A DNA stretch of 64,000 nt from a virus, in the IMG/VR virus record IMGVR_UViG_3300036715_001865, positions 96,001 through 160,000 of that record; one strand, 5' to 3'. Positions 39,488-49,098 of this stretch are shown here, in pieces. The position numbers and the translations under genes were made by a program. Within the stretch, counting starts at the first letter, position 1. Every line of letters starts with the position of its first letter. The notes below the pieces were generated by a model. That model made no database searches. It saw only the letters and a list, made by a program, of their open reading frames with translations, and was not told where the DNA came from.

Positions 39488-40240
39488 TTATGTTAAATAT
39501 TGTTCGATATAGTCCCGATCTTGTGTAAAAATCGGGATATTACGTTCTATTCCTTTTGTTTGTCGATCGCCACCTAGCCGCGTGGTATAGCAACTTCCTC
39601 TTTTTTTCCAGGTATGTAGATTGTTCCAATTTACACATTTTTCCAACATCAACATATCTTGCACCTGGCTTGTGTTTTTCTTATGCAATTGGTTATGACT
39701 GAAGTGGTGTTGTCCCAACATGTTTATTGAATTTCTTGTTGCATCCTGTTGTCTCCATACAAAATAATTGGCCACTTCAGACATGGGTACGTTAAATACT
39801 CTACTGTCAAATAATGCAAAATTTGCTGGAGTATATGGGATGTCTGGGAACAATTGTCCAATGTGGAAATTGAAATTAGCAGTTGCGATTGCTGCTGATA
39901 CTGATACAGTTTTCTGAATATTGCCACCGTACCAAGGGTCTGTTGTTAGTTTATCCCAATCACACAACAATATTGAAATTTCATCTGATTGTGTATACCC
40001 AAATTTAGCATTTTGAATTTGTGAACCTAATGCTTCCATAGTGAGACACATCGCTGTATGTAATTTTTCACTAAATGGATCATTGATCATACTAGGATCA
40101 TTTTCTTTGTTGATTTTTCTGGTATATGTATGGAACGCTTTACCATCTAACCTAATAATGGTAGCAGATCTACCTAAAAGAGAAGACTGAGTGGTCTTCT
40201 CATATTTCTTCATTCTGTCGCCCAATGTGTCCTTTGACAT
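39488..40240 (-). CDS. thg1: tRNA(His) guanylyltransferase Thg1-like 3'-5' polymerase
   Basis: RLDGKAFH, YTQSDEIS, FDSR, WRQQDATRN. Confidence 0.93.
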   Translation of the reverse strand: MSKDTLGDRMKKYEKTTQSSLLGRSATIIRLDGKAFHTYTRKINKENDPSMINDPFSEKLHTAMCLTMEALGSQIQNAKFGYTQSDEISILLCDWDKLTTDPWYGGNIQKTVSVSAAIATANFNFHIGQLFPDIPYTPANFALFDSRVFNVPMSEVANYFVWRQQDATRNSINMLGQHHFSHNQLHKKNTSQVQDMLMLEKCVNWNNLHTWKKRGSCYTTRLGGDRQTKGIERNIPIFTQDRDYIEQYLT

Positions 40241-40319
40241 ACAAATCTCCTTATATTAAGCTGCAAATGTATTATACGGAGATTATCTATCAATATCAAC
40301 TGGTGGACTAATACATGGA

Positions 40320-41789
40320 TTAGCGCTTTCTTCTTCTAACACGGTTATTAACTAATGTTCCAGATGAAACTGCTGGATCTCCTGCTAGTTCATTCAAATA
40401 CTCTTCAACTGCTGTGTATCCATTATTGTTAGCATCACTGTTTCTATCACTACTATTATTTGGATTCAAAGAATGTGTTGTTTCCCAATCATCTGGCATT
40501 CCATCATGATCAGTATCAACAGAAGCAGTTCCTACAGCTAATGTGGGCCAATTATTTTGGTCTTGTCCTACAGTACCTGTTCCATTTATAATATCATCCA
40601 TTATACGAGAATCAATAATATCTCTAGTTGGTAATTTTGCTCCTGCACTTGGTAACACATTGGTTAAAACTAAACTTGTAGAATAGGTGGTTACAAATGG
40701 TGTGGTAACTGGTGAAGATAGTAAATTAATACCTGAATTGCCACCATAAATGTTACCTGGATTGAAGTCATTTACTGTTCCAGTTGGATATAGTGGAGAA
40801 TAGTTGCCAGTTATATAAATGCGAGTTTGTGAATCCACATCAAGTATTGTATTGTAACTACCAGCATCACCCAAATCTAATGGATTCTTTTTGTATACGT
40901 TGTTTACAAAATTAGCTTGGGTGGTATTAAAATTGACTGGATAAAGATTGGTAGCCTTTTGCATTCGGATGTTACCCGAATTATATGTTGGGTAATAGTA
41001 AATTACATTATTACGGAAGTCAAAAATACTAGGGTCATCTACACGAGGATTACGTTCTTGGTTGTGAGCAAATACTGTGTGATGAATGGATATAGATCTC
41101 GGATGAACGGTGTCAACACCAATATCACCACCAGCTAAAAATCCCATACTGTGAGAGCCTTTAGAGTGACCTGAAGTTGCTCCAGATGCAATAATACAGT
41201 TTTGAATAGTGACATCACTTACTGAGTCCCAAACTGTTGCATTCTGATCAACAGACCATTGAATAGACAAATGATCCAACACAACATTATAAACTCTGTT
41301 TGGGATATCCACACCCCACATTTCAACACCACTATTATAGTCACATGAGTTTAATCCTTTGGCAATACATGCATCACTACCTGGTCGAATTCTTAAATAT
41401 CGAATTACAACATCATGAGCCCCATCTTGAATATAGAATCCCCAATTTTTGATTTGGATACCATCCCCAGGAGCTGTTTGTCCTGCAATAGTAATATAAC
41501 TATGTGCTGCATTTATGATAATATCATTAGCTAATGATATAGTTCCACCTGTTTTGAATACAACAGTTCTTGCTCCTGTTATACCTTCAACACAGTTTCT
41601 AAGTGAACCAACTCCAGAATCGTCTAAATTGGTTACTTCACATATAACTCCACCTCTTCCTCCAACAGTCTGAGTACCATACCCTTCGGCAGTTGGAAAC
41701 GCTTTTGGAGGAATTGCGGAAGCAGGGGTAATAAAGGAAAATAGCAATAATGCTATTAAGGTTGAAGCAAATAAAGATAGTTTTTGCAT
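40320..41789 (-). CDS. secreted pectate lyase-like beta-helix polysaccharide lyase
   Basis: Signal peptide; AFPTAEGYG..GGRGG, TIAGQTAPG, DHLSIQWSVDQ, RNPR, DTDHDGMPDDWE. Confidence 0.88.
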   Translation of the reverse strand: MQKLSLFASTLIALLLFSFITPASAIPPKAFPTAEGYGTQTVGGRGGVICEVTNLDDSGVGSLRNCVEGITGARTVVFKTGGTISLANDIIINAAHSYITIAGQTAPGDGIQIKNWGFYIQDGAHDVVIRYLRIRPGSDACIAKGLNSCDYNSGVEMWGVDIPNRVYNVVLDHLSIQWSVDQNATVWDSVSDVTIQNCIIASGATSGHSKGSHSMGFLAGGDIGVDTVHPRSISIHHTVFAHNQERNPRVDDPSIFDFRNNVIYYYPTYNSGNIRMQKATNLYPVNFNTTQANFVNNVYKKNPLDLGDAGSYNTILDVDSQTRIYITGNYSPLYPTGTVNDFNPGNIYGGNSGINLLSSPVTTPFVTTYSTSLVLTNVLPSAGAKLPTRDIIDSRIMDDIINGTGTVGQDQNNWPTLAVGTASVDTDHDGMPDDWETTHSLNPNNSSDRNSDANNNGYTAVEEYLNELAGDPAVSSGTLVNNRVRRRKR

Positions 41790-41844
41790 AATAAATACCA
41801 GTTTTTAAATTGTCTGGTATTTATTACTACTAACTTTACATCTA

Positions 41845-41940
41845 TTAATCCATATTGCTAATCTTATGAGTTTCTAAGATAGCTCGTTCAGTGTCGAGGT
41901 TTCTTGTAATGGCAGCTTCTGTGGTAAACTTATTTGGAAG
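41845..41940 (-). pseudogene. orphan 3' end of the MazG-like gene
   Basis: LPNKFTTEAAITRNLDTERAILET aligns with YPDKFTVDSAIHRDVDKERSILES. Confidence 0.8.
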
Positions 41941-41995
41941 AACTAGGAGACACTATCATAAATATCTTCACCAAATTAATAAGTGAGTAGTCTCC

Positions 41996-42889
41996 ATGCA
42001 GCAACAGTTTTATGTATATGAATTAATTGACCCAAGAACAAATATTCCGTTTTATGTGGGAAAGGGATGTGGCAATCGAATACACCAACACATATTAGAA
42101 GCTAACAAACCAAGAGATAAACAAGTTAATAAGTTTAAATGTGCAGTTATTAACAATATACTGAGCAACCATAGAGTGGTGGTTGAATCAATCATACAGG
42201 ATAAATTATCAGAACAACAAGCATTTGAGTTAGAAATAGAATTAATAGCTAAATACGGAAAAAGGTGGGATGGCACTGGATCATTAACCAACTTTCACGA
42301 TGGTGGAATAGGAGGAACTGGATATCCAAAAGAAATAGAACAATATAGCATAACAGGATCATTTATAAAATCCCACTCATCGATTACATTAGCAGCTATG
42401 GAGCATAATATTCATAAAAGCTCAATATGTGCGGCACTTAATGGGAGAACCTTGTTGGCTGGTGGATATAGATGGGGATATGTTGGAGATATATTAACAC
42501 CATATACCAACATGAAATATACTCCTGTATCTTGTTATAATATGGATGGAACCATTAGATGCAGCTTTAATAGTATTAAATCTGCAGCAAAAAGTTGTAA
42601 TATTATATACACCAATATTATTGATGCTATAGCTGGAAGGCACCATACTGCAGGTGGATATAGATGGGCGTACCTTGGGGAAATTCCAAATTCCATCCCA
42701 GATGGCTATAATATTCCAGGTACTAGAAAGTTTGCATGTTATGATAATAACATGCAACTAATAAAAGTGTATGATAATCTGGCAGATGCTGTATTAGAAA
42801 CTGGCGCAGTATCCTCTGGTATAGTAGATAGGTGCGCCGGCCGTGTTAAATATAAATCAGGGGGATTTTATTGGAAATATTATTCATAA
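41996..42889 (+). mobile_element. GIY-YIG (LEM-3-like) endonuclease with NUMOD1 repeats
   Basis: YVYELIDPRTNIPFYVGKG; three AGGY/GGF-(R/Y)W repeats; CATAAATA at 41957-41964. Confidence 0.88.
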
Positions 42890-43461
42890 CTCTCCAAAAT
42901 AGACCGTTCCTTGTCCACATCACGGTGGATAGCACTATCTACTGTGAATTTATCTGGATATCTATGTCTAAGTTTTTCAAATCCCATATCTAATGTTTCA
43001 TTTAAGGATTTACCAAGTGCATCATGGCCTATTAAGATATACCACATAACATCAAACATCTCCTCCCTAACATTAACCTGATCGATATCAGTTCCATTTT
43101 CAACGGCTTTTACAATTGCCTCAATTAATTCAGTACTTTCAGTAGCAATACCAATTAAAGCATGAAACAATCTAGGGTCAATTGGAAGATCCACAACATT
43201 AGAAGTATTGGTAGTACTTGCTAATGCAGTATGTGTATTAATAACAGTTCCTAATTGAGAATTCCAACCGTTATTATCAATTGGTTTTCCATAAAACACA
43301 TTTTTCTTAATTGCATCTAACATATTACCAGCAGCAATAAACATTTGCATTACCTGTAATAATTTATCGTAGTCAGTATGAACTACTTCGAGGTGACTTT
43401 CAGTGCGAATAGCATCTTTGATATATTGAGCCAAATCCGTGGTATCTTGTGAATTATTCAT
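42880..43461 (-). CDS. MazG-like nucleotide pyrophosphohydrolase
   Basis: ATESTELIEAI...VREEMFDVMWY all-alpha motif. Confidence 0.8.
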   Translation of the reverse strand: MNNSQDTTDLAQYIKDAIRTESHLEVVHTDYDKLLQVMQMFIAAGNMLDAIKKNVFYGKPIDNNGWNSQLGTVINTHTALASTTNTSNVVDLPIDPRLFHALIGIATESTELIEAIVKAVENGTDIDQVNVREEMFDVMWYILIGHDALGKSLNETLDMGFEKLRHRYPDKFTVDSAIHRDVDKERSILESYE

Positions 43462-43491
43462 ATAATCTCCTTTTGTATGAATTCATTACAT

Positions 43492-43520
43492 ATTATACAG
43501 ATGTTTTGTTTTAATGTCAA
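43492..43520 (-). promoter_or_regulatory. consensus sigma70-like promoter
   Basis: TTGACA-N17-TATAAT. Confidence 0.85.
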
Positions 43521-43617
43521 CGTAATGGTGTTTTTCAAAATACTTCAAACGTTAATATGATTATAGTATAATAAATGTTTACAAAATAAATAAACTCACA
43601 ATACCACTGGAGATTAT

Positions 43618-44361
43618 ATGAAAACACATTACCGTACTATATGGCTATCAGATATACACTTGGGAACGAGAGATTGTCAAGCTGATGCACTTTTAAATTT
43701 TCTAAAAGATACTGAATCAGATAATCTTATTTTGGTTGGCGATATTATTGACTTTTGGGCAATTAAGAGAACTCCATACTGGCCAACATCTCACAACACA
43801 ATTATACAAAAAGTTCTTAAAAAAGTAAGACACGGAACTAAAGTAATTTTCATCGCTGGAAATCATGACGAGTCCCTTAGAGAGCACGTAGGGTTATCAT
43901 TTGGTGGAGTGGAAATACATGAAAATTATACTCATACCCTCACAGATGGTAGAACAATATTTTGTGTACATGGTGACATTTATGATGTAATTACCAGATA
44001 CCATAGATGGTTGGCTATTTTAGGTGATGTTGGATACACTGGACTACTGTGGTTAAATCGAATTCAAAACAAAATCAGAGCTTCTATCGGGTTTGGACAT
44101 TGGTCTTTATCAGCATACGTTAAATCTCGAGTTAAGGACGCTGTTAGTTTTATTAGTGATTATGAAGCTAATGTGGTGAAAGAGGCTAAGCAATTAGGTG
44201 TAACAGGTGTGCTATGTGGACACATCCACCACGCAGAAATGCGAACAATTGATGGGGTTCTTTATTTAAATACAGGAGACTGGGTGGAAAGTTGCACTGC
44301 TATTGTGGAACATTTAGATGGTAGTTTGGAATTAATTAAATGGATGGAACATAACAGATGA
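43618..44361 (+). CDS. PlcP-like metallophosphoesterase (usually annotated LpxH-like)
   Basis: SDIHLG, GDIIDFW, AGNHDE, HGD, CGHIHH, NTGDWVESCTA. Confidence 0.85.
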   Translation: MKTHYRTIWLSDIHLGTRDCQADALLNFLKDTESDNLILVGDIIDFWAIKRTPYWPTSHNTIIQKVLKKVRHGTKVIFIAGNHDESLREHVGLSFGGVEIHENYTHTLTDGRTIFCVHGDIYDVITRYHRWLAILGDVGYTGLLWLNRIQNKIRASIGFGHWSLSAYVKSRVKDAVSFISDYEANVVKEAKQLGVTGVLCGHIHHAEMRTIDGVLYLNTGDWVESCTAIVEHLDGSLELIKWMEHNR

Positions 44362-44405
44362 AGATTTTCATGGCGTTCAAGGTACAGGAAACGGTCATAT
44401 CACAG
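44358..44405 (+). pseudogene. orphan 5' end of the glycosyltransferase gene
   Basis: MKIF-(1-nt deletion)-GVQGTGNGHIT, coupled by ATGA overlap to the upstream stop. Confidence 0.8.
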
Positions 44406-44449
44406 TACTCCATCATAAATACTAATACCAAAACAATTATGGTAATATT

Positions 44450-45601
44450 ATGGATGATAAATGGACCATGGAATGGTTTATTGGTATGGGGGTTATCTTG
44501 GTTGCTGTAGGTGGTAGCTTACGAATAGTAAAAAGTAAAATTTCTGATGAAATTAGGAATGATATTATAAGTGCTACCCCAAAATGTAGAGATAATTTAT
44601 CAGAGCGGATATATTGGTTGCTAAATGATATAACGGATTATCCTTACTGTGTTGGATGTGGTGTTTATATTCAGCCCATTTTTTACAAGTTAAAAAATGG
44701 ATACAAAAATTCCAGATTTTGTTCTCCGGCTTGTTCAAGCAGGTCTGATGATATAAAACAAACTAAAAAATATAATTTTAAAGAGATACATGGTGTGTAC
44801 CACCACATGCAGCTATCTTCAACGAAAAGTAAGATTAAGCAAACAAATTTAGATAGATATGGTGTGGAAAATACATTTCAATCTGATGAAATTAAAGATA
44901 AAATTAAACAAAATAGATTAGAACAAACTGGATATGAATATGCTTCACAAAATCCAGAAATTAGGAAAAAAATACAACAAACAAATTTAGATAGATATGG
45001 AGTGGATAATCCACGGAAATCTAATGTAACCGTAGATAAAATAAAACAGACCAACCAAGAACGATATGGATATGATTCGTTCTTAATTTCTCCAGAGGGA
45101 CAACAACAAAGATTACAAACCACTTTAGAAAAATATGGGGTGGAATATGCTTTACAAAGCCCCGAAATACAACAAAATAAAAACCAAACCTGTTTAGCTA
45201 AGTATGGAGTAAACCATCCTATGCAAACTACTACTGTTTTTGAAAAATGTGGTAAGTACAAGAATAAACAATTGAATCTACCATCTGGTAAATCAATTCG
45301 ATACCAAGGATACGAAAACGTGGCAATCACGCATTTATTATTAGAGGTAGGAGAAGAAGATATTAAAAACCAACGAGGAGAAGTTCCTTCTATTTGGTAT
45401 ATAATAGATGACACAACACATAGGTATTATCCAGATATTTATATTCCCAGTAAGAATTTAATAGTGGAAGTAAAATCAACCTGGACATATAAAAAACATT
45501 TTGATATTAACCAATTAAAGAAACAAACTTGTATTGAACAAGGATATAATTTTGAATTTTGGATATGTTCAAATAAGAAAATTTTAGAAATAATACGATA
45601 A
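44450..45601 (+). mobile_element. putative homing endonuclease (Zn finger, YG repeats, PD-(D/E)XK)
   Basis: CVGC...CSPAC; RYGVEN repeats; YYPDIYIPSKNLIVEVKSTWT; CATAAATA at 44414-44421. Confidence 0.72.
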
Positions 45602-45612
45602 GGGATATATTT

Positions 45613-46653
45613 ATGAAGATATGGTACGCTGTAAACGCCACGGGGAATGGACATATCACACGTGGAAGAGTGATGGCAAAAGAATTAAAATCAGCTGGCA
45701 TTGAGGTTGATTTTATGTTTTCAGGTAGACCACCAGATAAACTTTTTGACATGGAAGTGTTTGGAAACTACCAAACAAGGAAAGGGGTAACTTTTAATAT
45801 ACACAAGGGGAAAGTTGATTCATACAAAACCATCATAGAAATGGATGTATCCACTATGTGGAAAGATATAGCTAATTTACAACTAAGTTCGTATGATCTG
45901 GTTATTAGTGATTACGAGCCTGTAACAGCGTGGGCAGCAAAACAACAAGAAATACCTGTTATAGGTATTGGCCACCAATATGCATTTAATTATGACATTC
46001 CAATCAAGGGCGGTAATTGTATTACTAAAGGGATAATGAAGAATTTTGCACCAGTTACAACTGGGGTTGGTTTACATTGGCACCACTTTAACCAACCAAT
46101 ACTTCCTCCCATAATCGACCTACCACATCTTCCAGAATATACAACAAAAACTATAATTGTGTATTTGCCCTTTGAAGATCAACAAGAGGTAATTCAGATG
46201 TTATCAAAGATCAGAGGATTTGAATTTCATGTGTATACATCTGAAAATATAAAATCTACATATGATCACATTAAGCATTATACACCTTCGCGTGATGGAT
46301 TTCAAAATGATTTGTTACACAGTGTTGGAGTTATTTGCAATGCAGGATTTGAATTAGTAAGTGAGGCGTTACAACTTGGAAAGAAAATACTAGTAAAGCC
46401 TGTACAAGCTCAAATGGAACAGTTATCTAATGCAGAAGCACTGACACAATTACAATATGGATATTCAATGATATGGTTAGATAGGGAGATGGTTAAGTAT
46501 TGGTTATATGATACCAAAGCTACTATAATATCATATCCAAATACTGCTAAAATGTTGGTTGAAAAAATGCAAAGCGGTGGATTAGATTTATCCACCGCTG
46601 AAATTATTAAATTTTGGGAAAATGTTACCGTCTCGGACCTTTCTTGCTATTAA
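45613..46653 (+). CDS. MJ1255/VC2487-family glycosyltransferase (GT-B)
   Basis: MKIWYAVNATGNGHITR, VISDYEP, CNAGFEL.SEAL, QMEQLSNA. Confidence 0.85.
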   Translation: MKIWYAVNATGNGHITRGRVMAKELKSAGIEVDFMFSGRPPDKLFDMEVFGNYQTRKGVTFNIHKGKVDSYKTIIEMDVSTMWKDIANLQLSSYDLVISDYEPVTAWAAKQQEIPVIGIGHQYAFNYDIPIKGGNCITKGIMKNFAPVTTGVGLHWHHFNQPILPPIIDLPHLPEYTTKTIIVYLPFEDQQEVIQMLSKIRGFEFHVYTSENIKSTYDHIKHYTPSRDGFQNDLLHSVGVICNAGFELVSEALQLGKKILVKPVQAQMEQLSNAEALTQLQYGYSMIWLDREMVKYWLYDTKATIISYPNTAKMLVEKMQSGGLDLSTAEIIKFWENVTVSDLSCY

Positions 46654-47119
46654 ACAATTGTTTTTTAGCAAGTAGTACTGTGGTAGCAGGGGCGCGTTCT
46701 GTAAACACTACACCATTTAAGTGATCTACTTCATGTTGAATAACAGTAGCTTCCAGATTCTTAAATTCTTGTGTGTGTTCTTCTCCTGTTTGATCTTGCC
46801 AAGTTACCGTTATATCTTTTGACCGTTTAACATTAAAAAACAAACCAGGAAAAGATAAACATCCTTCTTTAATTGTTTGTGTTCCTTCAGTTTTTTCGAT
46901 CTTGGGATTTATCATTGTAAATGGAAAAAATTCAAGAACTAGAATTTGTTGAGAAATATTAACTTGTGGAGCAGCTAAACCTGCTCCATTCCGTTCCTGT
47001 AAAATAACAGCCATATTTTGAACAATATGAACTAAATTACGATCAAACACTTCAACACGTTCTGCTGGAGTTGCTAAAATAAAGCTACCATCATATTGAA
47101 ATTTAAAATCTGGAGTCAT
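46625..47119 (-). CDS. def: peptide deformylase
   Basis: GAGLAAPQ, EGCLSFP, QHEVDHLNG. Confidence 0.96.
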   Translation of the reverse strand: MTPDFKFQYDGSFILATPAERVEVFDRNLVHIVQNMAVILQERNGAGLAAPQVNISQQILVLEFFPFTMINPKIEKTEGTQTIKEGCLSFPGLFFNVKRSKDITVTWQDQTGEEHTQEFKNLEATVIQHEVDHLNGVVFTERAPATTVLLAKKQLFNSKKGPRR

Positions 47120-47132
47120 ACAAAGTCACCTA

Positions 47133-47726
47133 CTAATTTAATTGGTTATGGGCCAACAAGCGGCTATCCTTTCCAACTTTCGTCATCAAAAAATCCATTT
47201 GATCTTGTAATATATTTCTATTTGTTAAAATTAAATGTTCATAAATTGATGGAACATATGGTAAATACAACAATTTCATACCTGCTTCTTCAGGTGTGTT
47301 ATCATCTTTACGTCTATTGCATCCAGCACACGCAGTAACAACATTCATCCAGACATTTTTCCCTTGTCTTGAACTTGGTAAAATATGATCTCTGGTTAGT
47401 TTTGCTGTGGTAAATTCAATTCCACAATATGCACATAAATTATGATCTCGTCTAAACAATGTTTTGTTTGTCAAAGACGGAGTCCGAAACACGTGTTTTG
47501 ACCCAATTTCACCTTTAATAGCAATAATGGTATTTAATTCCATTGTTGATTGGGTCTGAGTAATACGGTTAGTACCACCGTGGATAACATACAATTCATC
47601 ACTTGGTGTCCAGGCAATTAAATTTTTTGCTTGATAGTATGCTGCCGTCTGAAAATCAATCCAACGCGATGGTGTTCCAGACATATCTAACTGGAGGATT
47701 AATGGGTGTTGTTGAGTATGTTCCAT
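47133..47726 (-). CDS. HNH endonuclease (McrA-like)
   Basis: CAYCG, TRDHILP, NVVTACAGCN. Confidence 0.88.
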   Translation of the reverse strand: MEHTQQHPLILQLDMSGTPSRWIDFQTAAYYQAKNLIAWTPSDELYVIHGGTNRITQTQSTMELNTIIAIKGEIGSKHVFRTPSLTNKTLFRRDHNLCAYCGIEFTTAKLTRDHILPSSRQGKNVWMNVVTACAGCNRRKDDNTPEEAGMKLLYLPYVPSIYEHLILTNRNILQDQMDFLMTKVGKDSRLLAHNQLN

Positions 47727-47826
47727 ATTTCACCTTAATAATTTACTATACTTACCGTATTTACTATAAGATATATTATACAGCATTTAATAAATTTGTC
47801 AACTATTAAGGGGAATAAGGGATATA

Positions 47827-48582
47827 CTACATTTGTATTCCTCTACTATTCAATTCTTGTTGTAAAACTAACAATTTATTATCTGTTTTTGCTAATTTCA
47901 TTCGTATTTCATGAGCGACTTTTTTATCCAAATCTCCCAATACTTGGTTGATTATCATATCAGCTTGTGATAATTGTTGTCCCATAGATGGAGCTTTTTG
48001 TTTTGCTTTAGATTCAGGGGCCTTTTTACCCCAGTCTCTATCAAACGCTTCTTGCAATTTTAGCCACATATTTTCAAATGCATTTACTGCATTTTCTAGT
48101 CTACTAGCAGCAACTTTTAATCTGTTTTGTTGATCTAATGGGGCATCACTGGCCATAGATTTTAGTAACATAGGTAACTCACCAGCAAATATATCTACAT
48201 ACTTACTATATGATATTCCTTTTTCTTGTCTTACAGCAACGTCCATATTAATTTCAACACCACCCAATTCTTTTAATTGTGAAGCATTTTTTTTGTATCT
48301 ACTATCTTTTGATAGGGTGATTAAAGCATTTTTCATACCTGTTGTTGGATTTATTCTTCGTGAAGATGTGCTTAAGAAATTTTCTGCAAACCATCTACCT
48401 TTTTGTTGACCTGCAACTTTTTTTGTGGTTCTCCACATATCTTCGTGGTTTCCCTCAGCATACATATTTTTGATAATACCAGGTAGGGTATCAGAGTGTA
48501 ACATGGTTAATAAATTTACGTTGTATAATAATTGATCTACAGCATTTATGCTCATATCTTCAAATAGGTCTTGTAATAACAT
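47827..48582 (-). CDS. hypothetical protein, probably late/virion
   Basis: Starts MLLQDLFED; late promoter upstream. Confidence 0.65.
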   Translation of the reverse strand: MLLQDLFEDMSINAVDQLLYNVNLLTMLHSDTLPGIIKNMYAEGNHEDMWRTTKKVAGQQKGRWFAENFLSTSSRRINPTTGMKNALITLSKDSRYKKNASQLKELGGVEINMDVAVRQEKGISYSKYVDIFAGELPMLLKSMASDAPLDQQNRLKVAASRLENAVNAFENMWLKLQEAFDRDWGKKAPESKAKQKAPSMGQQLSQADMIINQVLGDLDKKVAHEIRMKLAKTDNKLLVLQQELNSRGIQM

Positions 48583-48612
48583 GGTGGGATTCCTTAGTAA
48601 TGTATATTACAT

Positions 48613-48624
48613 TATTTATAAATA
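48613..48624. promoter_or_regulatory. palindromic bidirectional late promoter
   Basis: TATTTATAAATA gives TATAAATA on both strands between divergent genes. Confidence 0.65.
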
Positions 48625-48649
48625 TATGTAAACTATACGGAATAACCCT

Positions 48650-49093
48650 ATGCACATTACATTTAAACAATTTTTAATCGAAACCTTAGATAACCCTGTT
48701 CCATATAGTTGGATTGGAAAATATGACGACCAGTGGACAGCTAAATTCCAAATTGATGAGCTCATCTATCACGTAATTTTTAGTCAGGATGACGAAAATC
48801 TTAGTAAATGGGAATGTGTTTTTACAATTGTAAACCAAACTAATGATCAAGGTATGTTTGCTCTTACTGGAACAGGAAATGCAATGACAGTTTTCAGCAC
48901 TATTACAAAAATTGCAGTTGATTTCATTAAAAACAACTCTACTGTTAATATGTTTGTATTCACAGCTGATGGTGACTCACGAAAACGTTTTTATGATAGA
49001 TGGGCTAAACAATTAGCCCATCTATTTGGAGGGTGGGATATCCGTATTATTGACAGGGGAGTTCGTAAGTATATTTTACGAAGACCTATGTAG
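48650..49093 (+). CDS. hypothetical protein, probably late/virion
   Basis: Starts MHITFKQFLIE. Confidence 0.65.
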   Translation: MHITFKQFLIETLDNPVPYSWIGKYDDQWTAKFQIDELIYHVIFSQDDENLSKWECVFTIVNQTNDQGMFALTGTGNAMTVFSTITKIAVDFIKNNSTVNMFVFTADGDSRKRFYDRWAKQLAHLFGGWDIRIIDRGVRKYILRRPM

Positions 49094-49098
49094 GTCAA

